Shown here in pieces: positions 1-6,853 of a DNA stretch of 7,914 bases (its first letter is position 1; every line of letters begins with the position of its first letter). The translations under genes and the position numbers were made by a program. The notes under the pieces were generated by a model. The model had not been told where the DNA came from. It saw nothing but the letters and a program-made list of their open reading frames with translations, and did no database searches. Source of the stretch: a virus (taxonomy: Duplodnaviria > Heunggongvirae > Uroviricota > Caudoviricetes); IMG/VR virus record IMGVR_UViG_3300029095_000093. One strand, given 5' to 3'.

Positions 1-125
1 TGCTCATTACAGAAAAAATAACGTTCACCACCGACCTCTGTCAGATCGATTTCCCAGAGCACCACCTGGGCTGACTGAGTGAGGCGTGTCGTCTCATGAT
101 GTGTTTCCTGTGGAATATCCTGCAT
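1..125 (-). CDS. Minor tail protein L (lambda gpL-like), N-terminal 41 codons only; gene runs off the window at position 1
   Basis: Minus-strand ATG at 125-123, preceded by AGGAGG (plus 131-136) that overlaps the stop of the upstream gene. Translation MQDIPQETHHETTRLTQSAQVVLWEIDLTEVGGERYFFCNE matches my memory of the lambda gpL N-terminus (VVLWEIDLTEVGGERYFFCNE). Absent from the supplied ORF track because it is truncated. Confidence 0.8.
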   Translation of the reverse strand, partial: MQDIPQETHHETTRLTQSAQVVLWEIDLTEVGGERYFFCNE

Positions 126-134
126 CAGAGCCTC

Positions 135-464
135 CTATGCCACGACCTGTTCAAAATCTGCCGTTATGGTTACCCACAACGCCCCCACGCTTGCCGACCA
201 TTTACGACAAACCACCCTGATCGGCTTCCAGTCATAAGGTGGCGTCCACTGAAATGCGCGGACGCCACCGTGCCGTTCCAGAAAGGCTTTTAAAGATGGG
301 TGTTCACATTTACGAACACGTATCGTCACGCTGTAAGTCGACAACTGGTTATTCAGTCCCGCCGCACGACGCTGTTCATAACCATCGCCCAGCTTCACTG
401 TCACCACTTTCGGCTCTGATACCACATTCATATCCGGGCGCACTTTCCAGTGAAACGTCTCCAT
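135..464 (-). CDS. Minor tail protein M (lambda gpM-like), 109 aa
   Basis: ATG at 464-462, TAG stop at 137-135. Same length as lambda gpM and the same motif pattern (F-W-K-V-P, FGDGY-QR, TYSVT, FLE-HGG, WTPPY-W, C-KW, FEQVV). SD-like GTGGAG about 10 nt upstream. Immediately followed by the gpL start, as in lambda. Confidence 0.85.
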   Translation of the reverse strand: METFHWKVRPDMNVVSEPKVVTVKLGDGYEQRRAAGLNNQLSTYSVTIRVRKCEHPSLKAFLERHGGVRAFQWTPPYDWKPIRVVCRKWSASVGALWVTITADFEQVVA

Positions 465-2215
465 TACCGATATGCTCCACTTAACCGACCACCATCACGG
501 GCCTGCTGTTGCATAAAGTCCGCTGCCGCTTTTTTCCCAAGGTCATAAACCACCTTCAGGGCAGCAGGACCTATCTGCCCGTTCGTGCCATCGTTATTGA
601 TCTCGATGTTGTACTGCGGGGCAAACATCGCCATACCTGAACCACCAATACCAAGGCCATCACGACGGCAACGACGCCAGAATTTATAGGCATTATCAGT
701 GACCCCGTCTTCACCGCCGGAGTCCACCGCCATTGCCATCAGTCGCATTTGTTGAGAAGGATCGGAGGCCAGCGGCCAGCTTTTATGAAAAACATCCGTC
801 AGCAGGACATCCCAGTCTTCCGGATAACTGGCCGGATCAATTCGCTGGCTCTCCCCGTCGCTGTCACCGCGCAATGACTGCGTGATGTTGTAACGATCAA
901 TAATCCAGCGTTCGCCACGGCTGCCATAGCCCGTTACCTGAACCACAAAACGGCGATGACGTCCCGCCTGCACATCCACTGTCGCCACAAGGAAATTAAC
1001 GCCATCCGGCACACTGCGGGAAGGAACTGGCTCTGCCCGCTGCTCAAGCAGTTCACTTTTTCGTTGCTCCATGCTGGCGCGGGGAAGATAAGGTAATCCC
1101 CAGTCGGTATTGATAACCGTCTTGAGTGTTTCTTCACTTCCGGTTGTCTCGTATTCCTGTTCTGCAGTAAGCAGTTTGTAAACGAGTTGCGAGAGTGTCT
1201 GGTAAGCAGCTGCCGGACCCTCCATCCAGAATGACGCAATACGTGAGCGTCGGGGATCACCATAACGACTGCCATCCGCATTGATGGATTCACCATCCCG
1301 CAGCCAGACCCCACGTCCGTTCAGCTCACGTTTTTGTTCAGGCATAATCCGTCCTGAACAGGAAGGACACTGAATATAAGCCGCCTCACTTGCCAGCACG
1401 GGATCGGCAATATCACGGAAACCAGCAACCACATCGCCGCAGGGCTGAAAATACTCACCACAGTGTGGACAGGGCCAGTACCAGCGACGGCGATCGCCAC
1501 GGTTATAGAGCGACAGTATCCCAGTGGTTGGTGGAGCCTCATGCGGTGAAGTCCGTCGCCATTTCACATCCTTCACATCCCTGCCGGGGGAACTCTCCAC
1601 CAGCGTCATACCACTGGACATAAATGTTGTGGTACGTTTTGAGGCAAGAGAGAAAGCATCCCCCTCGCCATCAATATCTTCCGGAAAACGGTCATAATCC
1701 GTCAGCGCGACGCATTTATAATCTGATGAGGACATGATATTGACTGACGGCCAGCCGATTTTCAGGTAGTTGCCAGCAAGGAATGTTCTGTCATAAACGT
1801 TGTTGTCATTTTTGTTCGGACTCAGGCGACTGACCACTTCCGGGCTGACGCGAAACGTTCTGGCGAGTCGTTTTTTGGAGTGTTCGCGGGCTTTTTCCTC
1901 CGTCATCTGAATGATCAGCATATCCGCAGGGTCGCAAATCACGTTGTAAATCACCCAGCCGTCAATCAGGCCGATAGTCTTGCCGGTTCGTGCCGGGCCA
2001 ACAAATATCACTGCGTCGTATTCACGCGAGGCCAGGCAGTTCATCGGCTCAATAACATACGGTGCCACCAGCGGATCCCACGGGACTGAGTTCCCTGCCC
2101 CCATGGGCACCCGCATATACTGAGCAACGGCATCAGCAACCCGCATTCGTCTCGGTGCGCGAAGGATATAACCTGAATCGGTTCGTGCTGCCTTTGCGGT
2201 TTCCTGATTCAGCAT
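464..2215 (-). CDS. Terminase large subunit (GpA family), 583 aa; the C-terminal ~60 aa may derive from a different gene (see findings)
   Basis: ATG at 2215-2213 overlaps the TAA of the upstream small-subunit gene (TAATG coupling), with AGGAGGAG just upstream. Walker-A-like VFVGPARTGKT and a Cys/His cluster WYWPCPHCGEYF...CPSC resemble the lambda gpA ATPase and zinc motifs. Shorter than lambda gpA (641 aa as I recall); the stop overlaps the gpM start. Confidence 0.8.
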   Translation of the reverse strand: MLNQETAKAARTDSGYILRAPRRMRVADAVAQYMRVPMGAGNSVPWDPLVAPYVIEPMNCLASREYDAVIFVGPARTGKTIGLIDGWVIYNVICDPADMLIIQMTEEKAREHSKKRLARTFRVSPEVVSRLSPNKNDNNVYDRTFLAGNYLKIGWPSVNIMSSSDYKCVALTDYDRFPEDIDGEGDAFSLASKRTTTFMSSGMTLVESSPGRDVKDVKWRRTSPHEAPPTTGILSLYNRGDRRRWYWPCPHCGEYFQPCGDVVAGFRDIADPVLASEAAYIQCPSCSGRIMPEQKRELNGRGVWLRDGESINADGSRYGDPRRSRIASFWMEGPAAAYQTLSQLVYKLLTAEQEYETTGSEETLKTVINTDWGLPYLPRASMEQRKSELLEQRAEPVPSRSVPDGVNFLVATVDVQAGRHRRFVVQVTGYGSRGERWIIDRYNITQSLRGDSDGESQRIDPASYPEDWDVLLTDVFHKSWPLASDPSQQMRLMAMAVDSGGEDGVTDNAYKFWRRCRRDGLGIGGSGMAMFAPQYNIEINNDGTNGQIGPAALKVVYDLGKKAAADFMQQQARDGGRLSGAYR

Positions 2216-2706
2216 TACTCCTCCTGCTGTAATTCCTCCTCATCATCCGCACCTGCTTCGGTCACCCGCAGGGCTATCTGATCGCGCAGATCATCAATAA
2301 TGGACTGAACACGGCTCACAGCGGCAGGCTGCAGGCCGCAGTCACGTTCCAGAATATCCGGTAATGTCTCCAGCACCTGCACGACCGCTTTTGCCCAGAT
2401 GGCAAACTCCCGTCTGACATCACTGGCCGGAATGAGTTGTGCCGTTTCCTGTTCGAACTTAAGACGCTCACGTTCAGACTGATACCAGGCTTTGCGTTCA
2501 TGTGGATCCATTTCGCCCTCAGCAACCGGCGGTGGTAACCCCATAAATTCAGTCAGAATATCGGTCAACCGGTATAGCTTGAGTTTGTCATGTCCACCAG
2601 CGGGACGAATGTTTTTCAGTCTTGCCACGACAGTCTGGCGGTGCAGACCAGATAAAGCCGCCAGTTGATTAATATTCAGCACCAGGTTTTTCAACTCATG
2701 ATCCAT
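2215..2706 (-). CDS. Terminase small subunit (Nu1-like DNA-recognition subunit), 163 aa
   Basis: ATG at 2706-2704 with a strong SD GGAGGA (rc of 2711-2720). N-terminal HTH-like segment LNINQLAALSGLHRQTVVARL and an acidic C-terminus DDEEELQQEE. Position directly upstream of, and translationally coupled to, the large subunit. Resembles the Nu1-homolog proteins of E. coli cryptic prophages, from memory. Confidence 0.8.
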   Translation of the reverse strand: MDHELKNLVLNINQLAALSGLHRQTVVARLKNIRPAGGHDKLKLYRLTDILTEFMGLPPPVAEGEMDPHERKAWYQSERERLKFEQETAQLIPASDVRREFAIWAKAVVQVLETLPDILERDCGLQPAAVSRVQSIIDDLRDQIALRVTEAGADDEEELQQEE

Positions 2707-2760
2707 ATTTCCTCCGGAGAGCTTTAAACATGCATCGTGCGAACAACTTTAAGAAAACGC

Positions 2761-2795
2761 GTTCGATGTCGAACAAAAAACACTCAATTCGACAT
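2761..2795. repeat. Candidate cosB-type terminase-binding repeats: near-palindrome GTTCGAtgTCGAAC plus a further TTCGACAT copy, flanked by A-tracts
   Basis: Seen directly: GTTCGA (2761-2766) / TCGAAC (2769-2774) inverted repeat; ATGTCGAA (2766-2773) and TTCGACAT (2788-2795) are reverse-complementary copies about 15 bp apart. A-tracts (aacaaaaaac, caaaaaacaaa) lie between and beyond. Location between the cosN candidate and the small-terminase start is where lambda has R3/I1/R2/R1. Confidence 0.35.
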
Positions 2796-2880
2796 GCAAA
2801 AAACAAATAACCATTAATAATCAATAAGATGCAAAGATGATGGTGGCCAATAAAAATGCAAAAACTAGCCTTTTTCCGCG

Positions 2881-2892
2881 ACGCTCCCGCCC
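2881..2892 (-). other. Candidate cosN (cohesive-end site)
   Basis: Minus strand reads GGGCGGGAGCGT followed by CGCGG. Lambda's left end, from memory, is GGGCGGCGACCT followed by CGCGG, giving 8 of 12 identities with identical flanks. It lies about 175-185 nt upstream of the small-terminase ATG, close to the lambda cosN-to-Nu1 spacing. Confidence 0.35.
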
Positions 2893-3121
2893 CGTGGCAG
2901 GCCACCCCACCGGGAGGACCCGTCAGCCTGAAAGCCATGACGAACGTCTGATACAGCCCTTGCATAAATGGCATCGGGATAATCCAGAAAGGAATAGCAT
3001 CGACCCACAAGAATCTGTGTGAGTGTCCTGTTTCTTCCACCCCCGCACAGGACTGGTGAGCATGAGGGACAAACCCGCGAATCATTAGCGCGGTAAAAAC
3101 CCGGTGTGCATCGTTTTTGAT

Positions 3122-3186
3122 TATTCCCGCACACTCGCGCAGAAGGAGTTCCCCGTCGGGCTACGGTCATGGTTAATGCGGGAATA
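3122..3186. repeat. 9-bp perfect inverted repeat (TATTCCCGC ... GCGGGAATA) with a 47-nt spacer, inside a block resembling the lambda bor-upstream region
   Basis: Arms at 3122-3130 and 3178-3186, seen directly. The surrounding ~110 nt (AAACCCGGTGTGCATCGTTTTTGATTATTCCCGCACACTC...GTTAATGCGGGAATACA) closely matches what I recall upstream of lambda bor, where the arms read ATTCCCGGA / TCCGGGAAT. The difference is a paired substitution that keeps the stem intact. Confidence 0.5.
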
Positions 3187-3520
3187 CAGCGACGATACAG
3201 CGCATGATGTGTCAGGCTTGAATACCTTTATCCGTTAAAAGGGATATCAGTTAAGTTATCCCGTGTAGGGTATAAGCCATTATCAAAGCCACTCTGTAGG
3301 GAGTGGCTTTCGTAATGGCAATAAAAAAGCCCCGCGAATGCGAGGCTAAATCCAGGTATTTTTAATGACTGGCTCTTATCTCAACGCAGCCCCTTACCGC
3401 GCGCCAGATGCTCAATATCAAGCATCAGCAATGAGATGTTTAACCATGATTCACTCCAGAAGTGAGCACCACCCTGTCTACAGAGCCAGATGTGAAGGAT
3501 GATGAGTAAAATTATCGCTA

Positions 3521-3988
3521 TCATCGAAGGCATTGCGTCCTGATGTATTCCTGAAGCGTTCTCAGTGCTGTTTGGTCGCGGATAATTCCGTCCCGGATAC
3601 CGAGAACGTTTCGTCCAGCAACTGGAGAGAGTTCGATGGTGGCATCATTGCCCATGCCGGAGGCGCTGGAGGTTTCGGCTGAGGATGGCACAGGGCATTT
3701 TCCTTTGACGAACACCCGACCACCATTATCAAGCTTGCGCCGAAGAGCATCATTTTTAGCTTTCGCATCAGCTAACTCCTTCGTGTATTTAGCATCGAGT
3801 GCATCAGCAGCACGCTGGCGCTGCTGCATGTCAGTAATGGTGGCGGTCGCCTGCTTCAGCTCACTGACTTTTTTATCACGCTGTTCTTTATAGGCGATGG
3901 CGTTATCACGATAATGATTGACCGCCCACGACAGGCAGACGATGATGCAGATAACCAGAGCATAAATAATCGCGGCGACTCTGCTCAC
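3521..3988 (-). CDS. Rz i-spanin (inner-membrane spanin subunit), ~155 aa from a GTG start
   Basis: The ORF track starts at TTG 4003, but GTG at 3988-3986 gives [31 protein letters not shown]..., matching the lambda Rz N-terminus (MSRVTAIISALVIC...) and overlapping the endolysin stop (GTGA). N-terminal TMD, coiled-coil region ([21 protein letters not shown]) and C-terminal Cys. Confidence 0.85.
   Translation of the reverse strand: MSRVAAIIYALVICIIVCLSWAVNHYRDNAIAYKEQRDKKVSELKQATATITDMQQRQRAADALDAKYTKELADAKAKNDALRRKLDNGGRVFVKGKCPVPSSAETSSASGMGNDATIELSPVAGRNVLGIRDGIIRDQTALRTLQEYIRTQCLR
3562..3768 (-). CDS. Rz1 o-spanin (outer-membrane lipoprotein), 68 aa, fully embedded in Rz in the +1 frame
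   Basis: ATG at 3768-3766. Signal peptide [19 protein letters not shown] with lipobox VVGC, then a proline-rich mature segment ([18 protein letters not shown]) with a second Cys. Nested arrangement as in lambda Rz/Rz1. Confidence 0.8.
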   Translation of the reverse strand: MRKLKMMLFGASLIMVVGCSSKENALCHPQPKPPAPPAWAMMPPSNSLQLLDETFSVSGTELSATKQH

Positions 3989-4518
3989 TGATCTATCCCC
4001 CAACAGGCTAATGCGCTTTCCTGGTCACGACGAATAACTTGCCCATAGCAGTTATTTGAACGTATGCGGCAATCGCGCCCACCATCTTTTATCCACCAAC
4101 GAATCGCCTCGCATGCCCCCTTACGATCACCGGCATTCAGCCGCTTATAAAACGTCGACGGGAAACACTTACCGGGGCCAATGTTATAGGGACAAAATGA
4201 CGCGATACCCGCTTTCTGGGGTTCGGTCAGCGGCACTTTAATATTGCGCTCCACCCATGCCAGCGCCTTATCCCGTTCAATGGCATTAACCTGGTCGCAT
4301 TTTTCCTTCGACAGCTTCATTCCCGGTATGACGGGCTTACCATCCACCATTGTGGCACCACGACAGATGGTCCATATACCGGAACCATCGCGGTATGCCG
4401 TAGTGTGGTTACCCTCTTTTTCATCCAGAAACTGGTCAAGTATTTGAGGAGCAGACGCGCCTGCAGCAATCAGCGCCAGAACAGCAGCTGACAGGCCGTA
4501 TTTGATTTTTGCGCTCAT
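3985..4518 (-). CDS. SAR endolysin (T4-lysozyme-like muramidase with signal-arrest-release N-terminus), 177 aa
   Basis: ATG at 4518-4516. N-terminal weakly hydrophobic Gly/Ala-rich SAR segment [17 protein letters not shown]. Catalytic E-x8-D-x5-T signature ([16 protein letters not shown]). Resembles the phage 21 R / Qin-prophage lysozyme family, from memory. Confidence 0.9.
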   Translation of the reverse strand: MSAKIKYGLSAAVLALIAAGASAPQILDQFLDEKEGNHTTAYRDGSGIWTICRGATMVDGKPVIPGMKLSKEKCDQVNAIERDKALAWVERNIKVPLTEPQKAGIASFCPYNIGPGKCFPSTFYKRLNAGDRKGACEAIRWWIKDGGRDCRIRSNNCYGQVIRRDQESALACWGIDQ

Positions 4519-4573
4519 GGATATTTATCAGGCTGCTACCAATGAAAGATACTGGAAAGCCAACTGCAAAAAG

Positions 4574-4888
4574 CTAACAACCCGTAATCGAGTTATCAGA
4601 ACTGTTAATTTTTATGGTATACCGCGCCTTTGAACAGGGTCGCGTTTCTGGCAACAGCTCGTCCCCTTCACATAACCCGGCAGCAACATCCAGGAAGACC
4701 TGTCTGATGCTCCTTCTGGCTGCTGCCTCATAAAACTCCAGCGCGGCACCTTCAACACGGTCCAGCGAGATGTCCAGGTCAAAAATTTCACCGTCAAAGC
4801 GTTTTTTGTCCCGTAACGCTAAAGTTACCGTAACTTTATTCTCAAAATTGCGGATCCCTTTCACAATCAGTTCATAGTTTTGAGTCAT
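4574..4888 (-). CDS. Conserved hypothetical protein between holin and endolysin (DUF1327 / Qin YdfR-like), 104 aa
   Basis: ATG at 4888-4886, 4 nt after the holin stop, using an SD (GGAGAG) inside the holin 3' end. The N-terminal ~65 aa (MTQNYELIVKGIRNFENKVTVTLALRDKKRFDGEIFDLD...EGAALEFYEAAARRS) resemble the DUF1327 protein at the same position in the Qin lysis cassette, from memory. C-terminal half not recognised. Confidence 0.6.
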   Translation of the reverse strand: MTQNYELIVKGIRNFENKVTVTLALRDKKRFDGEIFDLDISLDRVEGAALEFYEAAARRSIRQVFLDVAAGLCEGDELLPETRPCSKARYTIKINSSDNSITGC

Positions 4889-4892
4889 TGAA

Positions 4893-5108
4893 TTACTCTC
4901 CCCGTGCAGCCTTACGCTTGTCTTCTTTAATCTTGAAATAAAGGTTTGTCAGATACGTCAGCAAGCCAAATACCAGACTACCCAGCACACCTATTGCCGC
5001 CCACTGTGAGGGCGTGACTTTATCGAGCAACTGTAAAAACCAGTACCCGGCACTACCTGCTGAGGTGCCATAGGCGACACCCGTTGTTAACTTATCCATG
5101 GATTTCAT
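4893..5108 (-). CDS. Class II holin, phage 21 S-like pinholin, 71 aa with dual-start motif (Met1/Met4)
   Basis: The track ORF starts upstream at 5171, but ATG at 5108-5106 has an SD (GAGGTGGGG) and gives [71 protein letters not shown], near-identical in pattern to S21 as I recall it. Two TMDs and a charged C-terminus; MKSM is the holin/antiholin dual start. Confidence 0.85.
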
Positions 5109-5141
5109 AACCCCACCTCGCAGATGCGGGTGCTGTGTAAT

Positions 5142-5169
5142 GGAAATAAAAAGGCCACCTGACGTGGCC
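5142..5169 (-). terminator. Rho-independent terminator just downstream of the methyltransferase gene (minus strand)
   Basis: Stem GGCCAC (5153-5158) / GTGGCC (5164-5169) with a 5-nt loop. On the minus strand the hairpin is followed by TTTTTATTTCC (rc of 5142-5152). Begins 7 nt after the methyltransferase stop and about 35 nt before the holin start. Confidence 0.6.
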
Positions 5170-5175
5170 ACCAGA

Positions 5176-6228
5176 TTATTTCCCCACCAGCTCGTTTATC
5201 TCTTTCACTGTCTGGTTAAACCGCTCTGACTCAAGCTCAACACCTAAGGCCCGACGCCCCAGCGCCATTGCTGCTTTTATTGTGGAACCGGATCCCATAA
5301 AAAAATCAGCAACCAGATCACCTGGTCGACTACTGGCATTGATTATTTGCCTGAGCATATCCGCCGGTTTCTCACACGGATGTTTCCCCGGGTAGAACTG
5401 AACGGGTTTATGCATCCAGACATCGGTATAAGGCACGGAGACTGATACGGAGAAATAGCGCCGGAGAGATTTAAACTCATCCAGCAATTCAGAATATTTG
5501 CGATTCAGTGAATCATAAGATGCCACCAGCTGGTGGTGTGGTTGTTCCAGTTGTTGTTCCTGAAACTTCTCTGCCGCTATACGGGAAAACAGTGCCTGTA
5601 ACTTCCGATAGTCAGCCTCATTCGGCAACTGCCACTGACTGGCACCAAACCAGTGGGAAACCATATTTTTCTTACCTGTGGCTTCGGCAATTTGTTTTGC
5701 CGTTATACCCAGTTCGGCACGAGCATCCCTGAAATACGATATCAGCGGTGCCATTATGTGCTGTTTGAGTTCCCTTTCTTTTGCCGCATAGCCGTCACTT
5801 TTGCCGCGATATGGCCCCTGGTAATGTTCAGCAAACAGAACGCGCTCTGTGGCAGGAAAATATGCACGCAGACTTTCTTTATTACACCCATTCCAACGTC
5901 CGGACGGCTTCGCCCAGATGATATGGTTAAGCACGTTGAAACGTTCACGCATCATGATCTCAATATCAGATGCCAGGCGATGCCCACAGAACAGGTAAAG
6001 GCTTCCGGCAGGTTTTAACACCCGCCAGAACTGGGTCAGACAGTGGTCCAGCCACTTAAGGTAATCTTCGTCCCCTTTCCACTGATTGTCCCAGCCGTTG
6101 GGTTTCACCTTGAAGTACGGCGGATCGGTAACAATCAGGTCAATGGAATCATCAGGCAGGGACTGAATAAAATGCAGGCAATCAGCGTTGATTAAATCAA
6201 CACTGTTTATTTTTACAGTATTTTTCAT
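5176..6228 (-). CDS. Orphan DNA methyltransferase, beta-class, probably N6-adenine, 350 aa
   Basis: ATG at 6228-6226, TAA at 5178-5176. Motif [12 protein letters not shown] near the N-terminus and motif [10 protein letters not shown] near the C-terminus (IV before I indicates beta class); DPPY rather than SPPY favours N6-adenine. HPCEKP motif as in YhdJ-type enzymes. A ~120 aa insert between the catalytic motifs contains an HTH-like stretch ([20 protein letters not shown]). No restriction endonuclease gene in the window. Confidence 0.85.
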
Positions 6229-6378
6229 GGATCAGTAAGCGTAACTCTGGTAGGCTCACTCTGCTTTTGCGCTAAAGCAGTGGGCCGTGGTTCGCTTGTG
6301 ACCAGTAAGCATGAGCGAATGGCTGGCAGGTGCTACCAACACCCACCAGCCGCCCATTTTCACAGCAGGAAACCGCCA

Positions 6379-6582
6379 TTACTGGCAGCGTCTGAATTTA
6401 TTCCCGTACCCGCCGTTATCCTTCGCCAGACCCGCCAGAACTAACTGAGTCAGTATTAACTGGCACCGGGCTTCGCTTACTCCGGTAGTTCTCGTCATCA
6501 TGCGTGGCGTTACCCACTTGTCAGCAGGTAAGAAATGAAGGACTGCGGCGGCGGTTTCTGTCATATCTTGCTGTTTTAGCAT
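6379..6582 (-). CDS. Small hypothetical protein, possible winged-helix DNA-binding regulator (~67 aa from the second ATG; track start at 6606 gives 75 aa)
   Basis: The first ATG (6606) has no SD; the ATG at 6582-6580 has AGAAGGGA 8-15 nt upstream. Sequence ...AAAVLHFLPADKWVTPRMMTRTTGVSEARCQLILTQLVLAGLAKDNGG has the spacing of a small wHTH (FaeA/PapI-like or MarR-like helix-turn-helix-wing). This is only a pattern-level resemblance. Confidence 0.45.
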   Translation of the reverse strand: MLKQQDMTETAAAVLHFLPADKWVTPRMMTRTTGVSEARCQLILTQLVLAGLAKDNGGYGNKFRRCQ

Positions 6583-6704
6583 GTCTTTTTCCCTTCTGGT
6601 TAACATGACATACCAATAACTCTTGTCTAAAAAGCCAGCAAGATAAAAAGTCAGTATTCACGACCACCAGCGTGTTTACTGTACTGCACCAAGTTTACAG
6701 GTAC

Positions 6705-6730
6705 AAAAAAAACCGCTCAGCGGCGGGTTT
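6705..6730 (-). terminator. Weak terminator-like element: short GC stem followed by a U8 tract on the minus strand
   Basis: Plus strand AAAAAAAACCGCTCAGCGGCGGGTTT. On the minus strand this is a CCGC/GCGG 4-bp stem with a 3-nt loop followed by eight T. The stem is short, so it is marginal. Sits in the divergent intergenic region between the small ORF and the lipoprotein gene. Confidence 0.3.
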
Positions 6731-6853
6731 AAGTTGTGTGGCGAAGTAACCACTCTTAACAGCATATTTGATTTTTTACGATTGTAAACGGTTGATTATT
6801 CATCTCCAATAAAAATAATTGTGTGGGTATACCCTTAGCAATGGATAAGAAAC

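Noticed and set aside
96-484. Plus-strand ORFs 96-293 and 239-484 opposite gpM/gpL
   Set aside because: Antisense to the clearly recognisable gpM and gpL coding sequences; no start-site support.
934-2089. Track ORFs nested in or antisense to the terminase large-subunit gene (934-1314 -, 1321-1542 -, 1390-1623 +, 1880-2089 +)
   Set aside because: They lie fully inside a long, well-supported CDS in other frames or on the opposite strand, with no RBS or recognisable motifs; typical shadow ORFs.
2316-2525. ORF 2316-2525 (-) inside the small terminase gene
   Set aside because: Alternative frame within a supported CDS.
2696-3170. ORFs in the cos / non-coding region (2696-3085 -, 2865-3170 -, 2837-3022 +)
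   Set aside because: They overlap the candidate cosN/cosB sites and the conserved inverted-repeat block, their translations are low-complexity with no recognisable domain, and lambda has non-coding DNA at the equivalent position.
3285-3310. 10-bp stem-loop AAAGCCACTC / GAGTGGCTTT considered as a terminator for the lysis operon
   Set aside because: No convincing U-tract follows on either strand; it may still be a structural element but cannot be called a terminator.
3989-4003. TTG start for Rz at 4003 and TTG start for Q at 7765, as given in the ORF track
   Set aside because: In-frame GTG (3988) and ATG (7750) starts give N-termini matching lambda Rz and DLP12-type Q respectively, and fit gene spacing better.
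3636-4447. Plus-strand ORFs 3636-3893, 4056-4241 and 4244-4447
   Set aside because: Antisense to Rz/Rz1 and the endolysin, which have strong motif support.
4612-4797. ORF 4612-4797 (-) overlapping the DUF1327-like gene in another frame
   Set aside because: No independent support. It was considered as a sign of a frameshift in the DUF1327-like gene, but that cannot be decided without alignment, so the longer ORF with a coupled start was kept.
5109-5171. Upstream extension of the holin ORF to 5171 (92 aa)
   Set aside because: The extension would run through the terminator hairpin and has no RBS; the MKSMDK start at 5108 has an SD and matches the S21 dual-start architecture.
5508-6018. ORFs 5508-5732 +, 5653-6018 + and 5754-5948 - within the methyltransferase gene
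   Set aside because: Nested or antisense to a CDS with clear methyltransferase motifs.
6669-6704. Possible LexA/SOS box (CTGT...ACAG) in 6669-6704
   Set aside because: The spacing between CTGT and ACAG is 14 nt rather than the 8 nt of the LexA consensus.
6229-6853. tRNA genes in the Q-to-S interval, as seen in Stx phages
   Set aside because: No T-loop-like GGTTCGAATCC motif or cloverleaf-compatible segment was seen in the intergenic stretches; a tRNAscan run would be needed to exclude this formally.
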